Assembly (NCBI RefSeq): GCF_009834535.1 | Contig: NC_045697.1 | Coordinates: 51,648,001-51,712,000 of the forward strand | Direction of reading: 5' to 3' | Length of the DNA stretch: 64,000 nucleotides | From: Camelus ferus | Taxonomy: Eukaryota | Shown here: positions 48,779 through 61,100 of the stretch, in pieces | Layout of the letters: each line of letters opens with the position of its first letter | Numbering within the stretch: position 1 is the stretch's first letter | Made by a program: the position numbers and the translations under genes | Notes under the pieces: model-generated | The model's input: the letters and a program-made list of their open reading frames with translations, nothing else | What the model was told of the DNA's origin: nothing | The model's database searches: none

Positions 48779-51039
48779 CCAAGACCAAGAATTTGACAGT
48801 CTTTTATAGAACTTTTTGAAGCTACACTAGGGGAAAAATTGGTTGGCTGCATGCAGGTGGGCAGAACATCATCCTTCATGGGGAAGTTTTCCTTTGTAAG
48901 TCAGATCTCAGTTTAGGAATTGACAGTAGAATGTTCCATCTATTCTGCAGGGAATGAGTGCAGAGGAGTAGGATCTTCAACTTCCAGATGACCAGAATTG
49001 AAAGTTTCCCTTGGCTCCTTGTTTGCTATGCATCAGGCCCTCTAGGCCGCTTGCCTAGAGGCAACTAAGGGTAACAATGCTCACCCACTGTGACTGGTGT
49101 GGGAATTAGAGAAGATACATTCTTGAGCACAAAGCACATTACCTAGTATTTATTCTGCAGTAATGGCAGGTGACTGGGCGGCTCCCTTGTCAGTTCCCTT
49201 AACTGCGTTCAGGGGATGGTAGCCTGAGGGGATACCAAGTGCATGTTTTCTTTTGGTTACTTTAATTCCCACCTGGAAAATGACTCATTCAGAGTTTAAT
49301 TTCAGAAATTGTTTCTTACGCGTGCGTTTTAGGAATGGTTTCTTATTTAACATCAGAGAAGACAAAGCTCTATAGAGGAACACCATCTTTATTTTGAGTA
49401 AAAATTCAGAAGATATTGTCTGACAGTAGAAAATGGAGCCATCCCAGAGAACCTAGGATGTATGGTTTGCTGTAAGCATGAAGCTCTGGGTATCCTCTTG
49501 GGTGCAGAGGAGATGGCCTGTATTCTTCTTAAATTTTCTCGTTCTCCAGTCACTTCATCCAGGCATCAGTATATTGTCTCGATTTCGGTTGTGTGAATTC
49601 CCTTTAGCAGAGATGGGAAATTCATACATTAAAATGAAATACTGCTTTTCCTTCCCTTGAAACAGAAAACTGATGGTTCGAGGAAGAGTTACAACTGGGC
49701 TTGTTGGTGTAGCCAGATGCTCCTGGGCCATGGGTGTGAAGTCAGCACGTGGTACAGCGTAGACAAAGCAAATGTCCTCCGGTTACTTCTGTTACTTACA
49801 CATCGTAAACAAGTCCTACTGATGAGAGACGCTGGTCGGTACAAAATCTTGCGTTAAGATGACACTGAGAAGATCGAGTTGAATGGGTTTCTTATCCTCA
49901 AGGAATTAATTTGGGGTTAGCTTTGTCAATCCACATCCAAAAGCCCAATTCATCGCTTCCTGTAGAAACTTTCCCCTCCATCACTTGGCTTCTGTGACAC
50001 TTGAGTTCATTCCCTAAAATGTTGAGGTTTTTTTTTTCTAAACCAGAATTTACAGACGTATTCACCATCGATTTGGTTATAAGGGAGACAGTCTGTGTGT
50101 CCTGCTCACACCATGCCTAGTGTGGGTCTTTGGGATGTAGGGAGCCTGTGAAGCAGGAATTGTGTTGCTGCTGCTCCCAGTTTGGAAGCCAGGCTTCCCT
50201 TGACTCTGTGATAGGACCATCCTCACTCCTTCTCTGCCTAGTGCAATCAGGTTACTTGCTCTATGCATTGAATAAAGTAAGGGATATTTTGTTTAAATAC
50301 ATTGGTCATTATATTACTGTACTCAAGGAATTTCCAAGTTGCAAAACACGTTCATTTGTGTTCTGGTACTTTACACATTGTTTGAGGTATTAAAAAAAAA
50401 AAGGAAATAATGAAAACATAGTGATTCTATAAGGATGCTTTAAGAGCATAAGTTGTAGGTTCATTTATGGGTCTCATGCTCTAACGTGTTTGATGACGTG
50501 CATGCAGTTCCCACAGGTGAGCAGTATTTGTGAATCATATAATTTTTTTCAGGGCACTTTATTATACAACAGGACTAGCCTTAGGCTAAAATTATGGAGG
50601 TGGGGAACTTTAAAATTCACGTTCTCAGATTTTCCTTTCCATGTGTTCTTCCTTCATCCTTGTTGCCCTCCTTGTTTCTTTCTATTCACTTCCTTCTGCC
50701 TTCAAAATCATTTCTGTTATGGGAGAAGTGGTTCACTTTGTGTGTTATCCTTCCCAAGGGTGTTTGCATTTTAGCAGACACAATACTCAAATTTGGCTAA
50801 ACTTGGGGAATTAAGTTCTAATCGTGAAATTCAGTTTAATGCATAAGTGGCCACCCGTGTTGTAACATAAGACACATCGTATTCAAATGAGTGTCTGTCC
50901 CATGTAAGGAATATGGTGCCAAATGGCAATGCCATTTGTTCTTGACTAACCAGTACTGGTATATCCAATTTATAGATTTTTATTTCTTCTTTTTCACCCC
51001 ATTCTCCTCATTGGCTGAAAATGTTCTGTGATTTATGGT

Positions 51040-51200
51040 GCCGCACATGACGTGGCAGAGTGAGTCTCTGGGCTTTAGAGTATGACTTGGAGTCATAGCT
51101 GAACGTCACACTTATTTGACCTTGGACGCACACCTCTGAGTCCCAGTTTCCTCACCTGTAAAGAATGATTATTAGGGTTGTTATGATGGAAAAATACGTG
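51040..51200 (+). mobile_element. MIR fragment
   Basis: The MIR core-like TGACCTTGGAC...CCTCTGAGTCCCAGTTTCCTCACCTGTAAA...AGGGTTGTTATGA is present. Confidence 0.7.
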
Positions 51201-51715
51201 CAAACCACAGCATCATAAACCACAGTGTATAAATTACACTGTAATGTAGGCTAATGGTAGATGTGACATAAAGTATCTATTATAATTAGTATGCATTCTA
51301 GGATTCTTACAAGGAAAAAATTAAAGCAGAAAAAAATTTCTTCTACATCATATCAACTTTGTTAAAAGTTTGTAGCAGGTCAGTTATGCCAATGATACAT
51401 TAATTAGGAATATGTCTTGATTATAAGCAAGCCAGGTATAGTTTATGGAAAGTTATTATATTCATATTCTCAAACATAAATGAGATGAATATTCACATTG
51501 CAGTAAACGTTTTTAAAAATTGAAAGAAATGATCTCTTGAACACATTGAATGCATTTGAAAATGATTTGCATTCTCAAAATTTACTAATCTTGAGATGAT
51601 TCGAGAATATATTTATTATGCAAGTTAAGGGACGGTCTTGTGAGGTGGTCATGTGTTATGTTGCCTGTGTTCTCTTGTTGCACAGGGTTCTACAATTCTA
51701 TTTTTCATTCCACAG

Positions 51716-52122
51716 ATTTAACAGGAAAGAGACAGAAAGAGTATGAGCTGGTGACTCCAGTCAGCACGAATTCTGAAGGACACTACCTCTCCCACATTCT
51801 TTCTGCAAATCACAAAAAGAGGTCAGCGAGGGATGTGTCTTCCACCTCTGAGCAATTGTTCTTTAACATCACAGCATTTGGAAGGGATTTTCATTTGCGA
51901 CTAAAGCCCAACACTCAGCTAGTAGCTCCTGGCGCTGTTGTGGAATGGCAGGAGACATCTCCGGTGCCTGGGAATATAACCCACCCTGTTAATGACCGGC
52001 AACCAGGAAGTGCCTCCGAAAGAGTCTGGAAAACAGAGCCTTTGCAGACTAACTGTGCTTATGTTGGTGACATCATGGACATTCCGGGAACCTCTGTTGC
52101 CATTAGCAACTGTGATGGTCTG
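51716..52122 (+). CDS. ADAMTS3: ADAMTS3 coding exon 3, prodomain (DLTGKRQKEYELVTPVSTN...VAISNCDGL), 407 nt
   Basis: Contained in ORF 51640-52149. It has ADAMTS prodomain motifs (FNITAFGRDFHLRLKPN, CAYVG, VAISNCDGL), acceptor CACAG at 51711-51715 and donor GTAAGA at 52123. Exons 1-3 sum to 504 nt = 168 codons with no stop. It includes HKKRSAR (basic convertase-type site) and two NIT sequons. Confidence 0.97.
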
Positions 52123-55100
52123 GTAAGACTCATTGCCTTTTGTGTCTGATGTTTGCAGGTGTTTGGGAGTGCGGGGTGGCTGCAGCATGGTTTGGAAGGT
52201 GAAAGTGGAAAGAAAGCCTCATTATGATATTTTAAGTTCAGGAAGAAGCGCTAGAAAGCATTATACTTACTATCCAAGATGTGTGCTTTGGCTTAATTTT
52301 GACAGGAAGACAACATTATTCTAAGAAACCAAAGACAACTATTTTAGCATTCTTTGCTTATATTTTCACTTGTGTTATGTTGAGCAATTTTATTTCCTTA
52401 TTTCTTTCAAAGCATTCTGAGAACTTTCTAAAGAAGCAGAGATTCCTTCAAAGTGATAGTATTTCAGTTTTTATGTGGAAAGGTTGGATATTTTCTTTTG
52501 AAAGCATTCTTTCGCTTCCACACAGAATGCTAGAGTGGGGAATGAGAAATTTGTTAGAATTTGTTCCAATAGCATTACTCTGTGAACATCCTCTTTGCCT
52601 GGTGACTTTGGCTCATTTTTTTTTTCCCTCTATTTTTGAATAACAGGCCCCTATCTTGCTCTTCAGTTTTGTGGTTGAGGCCAATAGTAACTTATCCCGC
52701 TTTACATGCTCTGAAGATGGGAAGTATTTTTATTTATTTTGTATCTCCAGATGTTATTTGAAAAGCGTGTCAATGTTTATGCCTCTTCCCTTCACAGTTG
52801 ACTCCAAGTCTTTGTTCAAAAAGAGCAACCATTTTTCCTCGTATGGTTGCCAGGCTGCTGTTTCTTGGGAGTTTAGAGCTGTTCTTTGTTTCGTCTCTCT
52901 ACGAGAGTTCTCAGAATGCTCTTTGCAGTCCTGCTTGTAATGATTCTGCTTTGGCGGGTCCTCCAGCAACACCTTGAATGCTCTTCTGCGGCCCTCCCCG
53001 TGCGTGAGCACAGCCCAGAGGAGTTATGGTGCTGTACGTTTTACCAAACGCTGGTCAGTTCCTGGTTGTAGGCTCTGTCTGGGGGTCTTGTACTGCCTCT
53101 TGATGTTCCGTGGGGTTTTAGGAATCATCATAGGAAACTGAATAGAGTGTGTGTGGCAGTTCCAAGTCGGCAAATTGGACTTCATGTCAGTTTAGGATTC
53201 GACTGTCGCGTCTGGTGCTGGACCATTTACTCTGGGCTTGGAAGGCACGAGGGATCTCTCCAGTTCCTCTCGTTTCACACAAACATTCAACAGACCTGGA
53301 TTAACTAGGTCGTTGAATTAAAAAATGGAAAGAAAGCACATTCTGGAAGACTAAGCTTAAAGTATTTGCTAAGAGAGCGTGATTCAATACTACTCAGATG
53401 ATAACGGAAATAAATCACAGAAAGGTAGTTTTATAATAGTTCTAAGTAAAATATATTGAGTATTAAACCTCATTCAGTGTTATTGTTTAGTTTTTATAGC
53501 ATAAAAACTATGTACATTTTATCTCCTCAGTTTAGATTGAAGCTTGGCATATAAGATTTGAAGCTTGAAGATAAGTTTAAGGAAGACAAAAGGCAAAGAA
53601 TTTTAATGGTTTATCATAGTGATTTTTAAACCTGACTTAGCAATGAGTATTTTTCTTCTTGTGCATGTCAAATTATCTAATCATATAGATACAGAAATCT
53701 GGGGCATTAACGAGTTGTTTTAAGGAAGAGGAAAATGGATACAGAACGTGACTGAACATTGATTATTAGGATTGATTTCTCATTTTTAAGATACAGTGTT
53801 AGCTACTGACATCATGTATATGTTGATATAGTGTGTGTGTGTATACAGCAGTACCAGTGTATACTACAAGTATCCATTTGTTCCATTCTTTGATCTGCTA
53901 ATTAATTAATTAATTAAAAGATATTTGTAGGAAGCCAGTTATGGGCCAAGCGCTATCCCAGGCACTGTGAAATGGTAAAGGAATGATCACAATCACCGTT
54001 CTCATGGAGCTCAAAGATGTTAAATTTGCCGGGGATTTTAAGTGTCAAAGTATCTGGCATATATGCACATGTGTACATGTATATGTATATATATGCACAT
54101 GTGTTTAAATCATGTTTAGCTTTAAAAAATTATGGTAAAGGGAAGTATGTTCTGGAGAGATTTTATGAGTGGGGACAGTTTCAAACCAGACATAAGTGAT
54201 TCAGGCCTTGAGCTTGATCCAGGGAAAGGGTGGGGTCTGGCCTACAGCAGGCCGTGCTGACTCTGTGGGTACGCAGAGGCAGAAGCCTTTCCTAGAGTCC
54301 AGCTCAGAGCAGCTATGAGCTTGGGAGGAAGAATAAAGATGGTGGTGGGAGAGACAGCGTCATAGAGAGCAGATGGTTACACTGGAGGGGTAATGCCAGT
54401 GGCTACTTCATTAAGCTGGGGACAAGTTCTTAAAATTGCAGAGTTGCACTGGTTGGGGTACACCTCTTAGCAGAGATGAAACGGGAAGTGAAATTGATGG
54501 GAATGTAAATAAATTTGGCTGATTAGCTGATTCCTCAACCCTTTTTGTTCCTTTAACTTGCTATATAGGGATTTAAGCTTGACCTTCTTGACCTGAGGAA
54601 GGGAAGCAGGGCTACTCAAATAACAGACATGCCTGAGGATTAACCTGACGGGCTATAAAGCCATTGCCCCAGGAAGCTCTGAGATACTAGTCAAATCCAA
54701 GTTTCCTGGTAGAAAGCACGGCCACTCCTGGCCTGAACATACCAACGGGAAGATCCCTGTCCAGCAAATGTAAAGTTGTCTCCCGCTATGGAGGAGAACG
54801 GCAGTGAAGCCCTACCTGGTGTCGATGGGATTCCAGGGATTTGATTTTCTACATGTGTCCTTTGAAGCTCTTGCTCATAGAAAGGGAGCACAGGCATTAA
54901 TTTTTCATTTCCATTAGAGAGTTCTTAGCATGACCTTTGCCCTGAGTGAAATTCCTTACCTCTTTATTTTTATTTTTTACTTTTTGATCTATGTATTTAT
55001 TACTTATTTCTACCACCTAGAATATTGCCTGGCGTAGTGGGCACTCAGTAAATATTTGTGAATGATTGAATGATTCAAATGAGACACTCTGTGCTTTTTC

Positions 55101-58100
55101 CTATGTGCCGTTTTACTCCTGAACTTTAATTTATGAAACTGTGACAACTGTTGTCTTTAGTTCTTTAAAGGCCTTTAAAAATGTATGGATTTATTCTTTT
55201 AACTTAGTCATGTTCCAAGTACAGGTTGAGAAATAAATTAATTGCAACAGAGTGCAGTGTTTCTGTATGTGTCCATGTCTGCAAGGCTGTGTGGAAGCAT
55301 ATGGAGAGGTGTAAGATGGTGGTTGTTGCTGCTACACAGTGGTGGTCAGTCAGACCCATATCACTGACTTGGGGCACCTACAGCAGGCTGAGAGCAGGAG
55401 AATGAACCTGATCAGTCAGGCTGCTTCCCGATGTGCTCAGAGGAGGTGTGCGTCTCACTTTGGCCTCAGTCTGGCCTTAGACCCCTTTCCTCTTCTTTCT
55501 CTAATGCTACCTTGTTTAAGTTTGAAATGGGCAGTGGACTGAGACAGAATTAATTTTTATTAAACAGAATTCTTTAATTAAAAAAATAGTGCTATTCAAA
55601 GTGTCTCTGTAGACTCAGGTTTTTGACAAGATACATGCAGAGAGTGAGACTATATACAGAAACTTTTTAAACAATGTAACAGTTATTATATTTGTATTGA
55701 ATCTAATAATTTTTTTTAAAAGTTGGGGCTGGTGTTTTCTGCTTTTTTTTTCATTTCATTTTTCTAGTAATTAGTTTTTCAAAATTATGGGTCTGAGGCC
55801 AACTGGGGAGAAAAGAAACTTTTTTTCCTCCAGATAGTTTGAAAAGCAAGCAGTAATGCTCAGCTATTTTTAATCCTTTGGACATCAGAAACTTGACTGA
55901 AATAGGTAGATTTTACTTATTCCAGGAACCTGTATGAAATGACAAGAAAGTTATTTTAACACGGGCATTATTGAGGAGGATAGAAAAATGCCGTGAGTGA
56001 CATTCAGAGCCGTGGTCTAGAATGTGACTAGGCTTAGATATGCATAATGACTAAATTGTTATTCTGTGGGTTTCTGAAATCAACGTCAAAGTCTTCTGCA
56101 GGGAGGAACTGACAGTGACTCTCAGCCAGTGTGGCCAAGGATATCTATTCCTGTCTAGCATGACCTTTTCCTGTTCTTTGCCACGATTATCATTTATGAG
56201 TGGCTGCTAATTCTTTACCAATTCCAGCTTTATGCCTGCTCTAGTCTGTCCTATTTATGGGTGAGAATTTATGGGTGAGATTATTGCAATGTTCAATCAC
56301 GGGATTGTCCTTGTTTTCTGACAGCATTCAATTTTTTAAAAAGCCTGCTTCTCTGGAACCTCTTCCAAATTACTCATCCAAAGCCTACATCCCGTTAATA
56401 GGTTCTTTCTAAAGCTCTCTCACTGAGAGGCTTGCGATTCCCTCTGGTGTGCGCTCAGCTCCGTGCAACATGTAATAAACCCAGCTTGTCAACTGGAGAT
56501 GTGTTCCTCGTGGTCCTTGGCCTGAGGCTGGAGAAATGCTTTTCCTCTCTGCTTCTGTGTCTCTGAAGCGAGAGTCCAGTGGTCAGGAGTCACGGTGATG
56601 GCAGGCGTTTCACACACTTCTGAGCGCGAAGACACGTCTGCCTGGGAATCCCTGTTGAAAGTAGGTTTCTTTATTCCACGGAGCCCTGGCACTTGCCCTG
56701 TAACACCATACAGTCTCCCCTGTGAGTAGTGGTGGCTCACAGTCATATTTTGTGGTCTTCAGATTTGCCAAAATAAAGGGTCACTTGGTTAGTGGGCTTT
56801 ATGTCATGTATTCACAACATAAGGAAACTGGATTTTTCTGGACTTGCTAGAACAATACTGCTGTGTTAATTCCCCTGGATTACCATCAGTGGAGACTGAT
56901 TGGGAGTGGAAGAACTGACTGGTGTGGGCTGATTTTACAATCAAGGGAGCTTATCTGGGACAGAAGTTTTCAGTTTTTTTTTTAACATTTGGGATTCTCC
57001 TTCAAATGAAATCACTGGGGGTTACCTAACAAAATAATACGTAAAATGGGTAAGCTCAGGGAGGGCCAGGTGAAAACACAGGTAGAGATGCTCTTCCTCC
57101 TGCCTGGTGCTCACTCCAGACCACTTGTAGGTGCCCTGGGGCGTCTATCGGGGATCTTCTCTATTACAGCAGGGGTCTCAGAAGCTTGAGGTTAACCATC
57201 TGGGGACCATAAACAGAACCTCTTTTCTAAAATATCTGGTAGTCACATCTGGTTAGTATTGCAGTTATCTGATCCTTTTTAGATTTGGGGCATGGCCAGA
57301 TGAAGTCTTTGTGGACAGCTGCAAATTTACAAGGAAAACAGTCTTAAGACTTCTCTGCCTTAAGACTTATGCTTTGGGACTTGGTCTCTTCAAATGTATG
57401 TTCTTGCCTTGCTTATTTCCTTAAGTCCAGTTCCAGAGACACTTTTTAAAAAGTCTGTTTTAAAAGGTATTGTGAGCCAGTGTGCTTGGGCTTGAGAACA
57501 TTTGACTGGAGATTATAAATACCACTCAATCTGGTAAATGAAATGTTTGGTACTAAAAATAGTTCCAAATCTGTAGCTATTTATAGTGGACTCAGAGTTT
57601 TCAAGGACTGATGCTTAGATGCTGACATTTGAACGTCTGCTTTTATAAGGCAAACCTGATCGTTAAAGGCCAGGCACCTGCCACATTTTTCTCCTATGGA
57701 ACATGTCTGTCGAAGGTGTCATGTATTTTACTGAAGGCACAGAGGGAGATGTGTGTCTTCACAGTTTTCATGCTGATGTAAGAAACCTCAGAAGGTATGA
57801 GGAATAAAGGACTGAAATTTTGTTTCACGTCTGGGCACCTACACGAGGCTGTTTTAGCAGTGCATGATTAGAAGACACTCCGAGCCCCCATACCTTGTAA
57901 TTTCCAGAAGTTGAAGGGGAAAAGTGGTTAAGTGTCCTCTAATTTAACTAGTTTGGGAGAACCAGTACCATGACAAGGCCTCACTACTTCTCACCTGAGA
58001 TTTAGCCAAGTTGTGGCCCTACAGTGTTAATCCTCGTGGTGAGTAGTGCCTGCCTGGGCTGGGTCTGGGCTGTGGATACATTTCCCAGCCTGCCTCCTTT

Positions 58101-61100
58101 CTCAAGTGCATAGGCAGCCAGTTTGTGCTTAGCCAGGGTGAAGAAGGAGGGTTTGGCAAAGTCCTTGATCATTTTCACATTTTGCATCTAATTTGCATCA
58201 ACCCAGAGTCATGCATATGTCAAGCCTTTTCCAGATTTTTTGGCTGCAATTCTCTTGTGTAATTTAGTCGATCTTATAGAAAAAATACCCAAGGATGTGA
58301 GTTTGGAATAAAGTTGGAAGTGGAAAAAAAAAAAAAGTCTAAATGTTTTCAGATTTTGAACTTACTTCTTTTTAATAGTTATTTTGTAGTTAATCTAAAC
58401 TATTCATGTTTGTTTATAAGTACCACTTGGTCAGCTTATGATTTGATTTACATCAATTTGATTATGATTCATTTCCCATTATCTTGTCTAACTTTGGTAT
58501 AGTGGTACATTTTTTAATTAAGTTTAAAGATGAGTTAAAAATTGAGAAAGAAAGTAAATATGATATTACACATATTTCTTTGTATAGGAATGGAAAAACA
58601 GAAAGTAAAAGGGGAGGGAAAGTGCTTTTTCTTTCTGCTCTTGGCCTGGGAAGTAATGCTTGCTAGTCTTTTCAGTGCCTTGGCAACTAGGGCTTCATTA
58701 TACCCCTAATATCGAGTTTTAGATACTCAAGAAATGCTTTAGGAACTGTAAAATAGTGATGACCACATCTTTAATATCTTCTTCTGGATAAATTATCTTT
58801 AAAACAAGAACAAAAGCGCAGCGAGATATTGATATGAGGCCCTTGTGCATAATCAGGCTTTGAGGTCACAGAGTTCTTGTAAATGAAACCCAACCTCAAG
58901 GTTCTTAACCGTAAAAACTGTGTTATTCATTTGTCTTAATAATCTTTGGCTTTAGAAATAGTGATCACTCAATAAAGCATTTTGAAAAGCTAAGATATGT
59001 AGAGTGTAGACTAATTGCTGTGGGAAATACTGAGACATAACCTTTGTCTTCCAAGAGTGCTGGAAATAAGACACGCAAAAGCATAACCAAAGTACAAGGC
59101 AGAATGTTTTAAACTCTCTAAGACTAGAAGAGATGGGCTGTGAGACTCTGGATGATGGAAAGATTGTTTCTGCCTTGAAGGATGGTAGAAAGTTCCTGGA
59201 GAAAGCAATATTTGTGACATCAGACAATTGAAAAGAGAACCATGTATGTGAAAGCGATCACTGATAATGGCAGAGGATGAGATGGCGAGGAGGAGGAGCC
59301 TCTGAGGAAAGTAGGAGGTTTTGTGATGGCCATTAAAACGAAGAGACGATGGGGTAAGTTGATTTCGTGAACTCTGTAACATATATAATGAATACACGGG
59401 AGAACCAAAGTAGTCTTGGTCAGTATTTACCTTAATATAGGATCAAATATGATACAAGAGAGAGAGACAGAGAGACAGAGAGAGAAGGGGGGTAAATCCT
59501 AGAGATGTGTCTCAAGGCCGAAGTCAGTGGCTGTGTAGGTGATATTGACAGGCTTGCCCGGGCATTCGGAATGAGAGAGAGGCGAGGATTCCTGTTCCTT
59601 GATTATGTTGCTTTCTTCCTAGAAAAGTTTTGCGAAAGTCATAGGACCTTCTGTGGAGTTTAGGGAGGTTTTTTTTTTCTCTCAGTAACTTTTTTCTCAG
59701 TTTTGTTCCCCACATGTTCTCTTAAGGGGGTTATGAACAATGAATTTGAAAACTCTGACTTCTCCCATCATCAGCCTTCATCTTTTCAAGTTTGGTGAAT
59801 TAAGTGCCTTGTTTAGTAAACCTCTTTCTATGGCTGTACTTTCTTCCATCTGAAATGTTTTCCTCACTTTCTTATTGTATTTACTTATACAATACTTATA
59901 TGTTCTTATGCCTTACATCTTTCTGCTCTCTCAGGAGAATCTCTAATATTGTTTTAGTGACTTGTTTACAGCATAAAGAGTAATTTGATCAGCTCTACCT
60001 AACTTCCAAAAAAACAAAACATATAAGAATAACCCTATCAATAAATGAGTTGCTTTTGATATTAAATTCCATTTTATTTTATGTCATTTAACATATTTAC
60101 TATACTTATATGAGTGTGTGTGTATGGAAATATATGTATATATGCATACATAAATATTTATACACACATAAACACACAAATGTATACACATACGCACACA
60201 TCTATATGAAAAACCATAGAAAAGGCAGAGAAAATCAGTGTTTAATTACATGCTTTGATTCAAAGGCCAGTGACAAATTTGTTGTTAGGTCTTTAGTACT
60301 GGTGGCAGAGCTGGATTGGCCCTAAGGTCTGTGGACAACAAAGCGCCTAGTGGTTCCCATGCCTCAGGCTACCTGAATGTGCTCCTCATAATGTGGGTGG
60401 CTGACAAGGAGGCCAGGACATTTATTAACGTGTATATTTTTAATACTGTTAGAAATATAGAGAGATTAATCAGAAATGCAATTGAAAAAGGAGGTTTTAT
60501 CTTACTATTGTCAGTCTATGACAATGAAACTAAAAAAAAATATTTTGGAGAAAAAAAACCCAATTGTACTTTTTGTTAAGGTAGGCAGATTTGAATTCTC
60601 TGTCTCTAAAATAAGAAATTTTAAACACTTGTTTTTTTTTTCATTTATTTTCAAAGGAGTTGATTACTTTTTGAGCAATATTAGACTTCGCTAAATGTGT
60701 CAAGAGATTATCATTGCTCTTATTGTGGTTTAATTGTCAGTTCTTTGATAAACAGGTTCAAATCTTCCATAACTATAACAAATTTCTAAAAATTCTGGTT
60801 TATTGATTGAAGAAACAGGGATATATGATTGCACCGATGTCTTAAGTCCAGAGTCAGTAGTCTTAAAGAAACAGAAAGACAGTATATAGTCTGATCAGTT
60901 TTGAAAAACATTATCTAGTTTACTTTTATAAAATATTTAGAAGATACTAAATTTAGAGTTTTATAGTGCGAATGATCAATAAACACCAAAGAAGAGGAAC
61001 AGCAGCCAAACTAAGTATTTTTAGAGTTATGATACTTTGGAAGAGTTCAGTTTGGTAAAATCTAAGTGCTATTGATGAAAGAAGTGAAAATTTTGTAAAA

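Noticed and set aside
49039..49061. 9-bp hairpin CCTCTAGGC-N5-GCCTAGAGG
   Set aside because: Too short for a pre-miRNA and plausible by chance in 64 kb.
51640..52149. 169-aa ORF as a standalone gene
   Set aside because: It is ADAMTS3 exon 3 plus flanking intron read-through and starts at GTG. Splice sites define 51716-52122.
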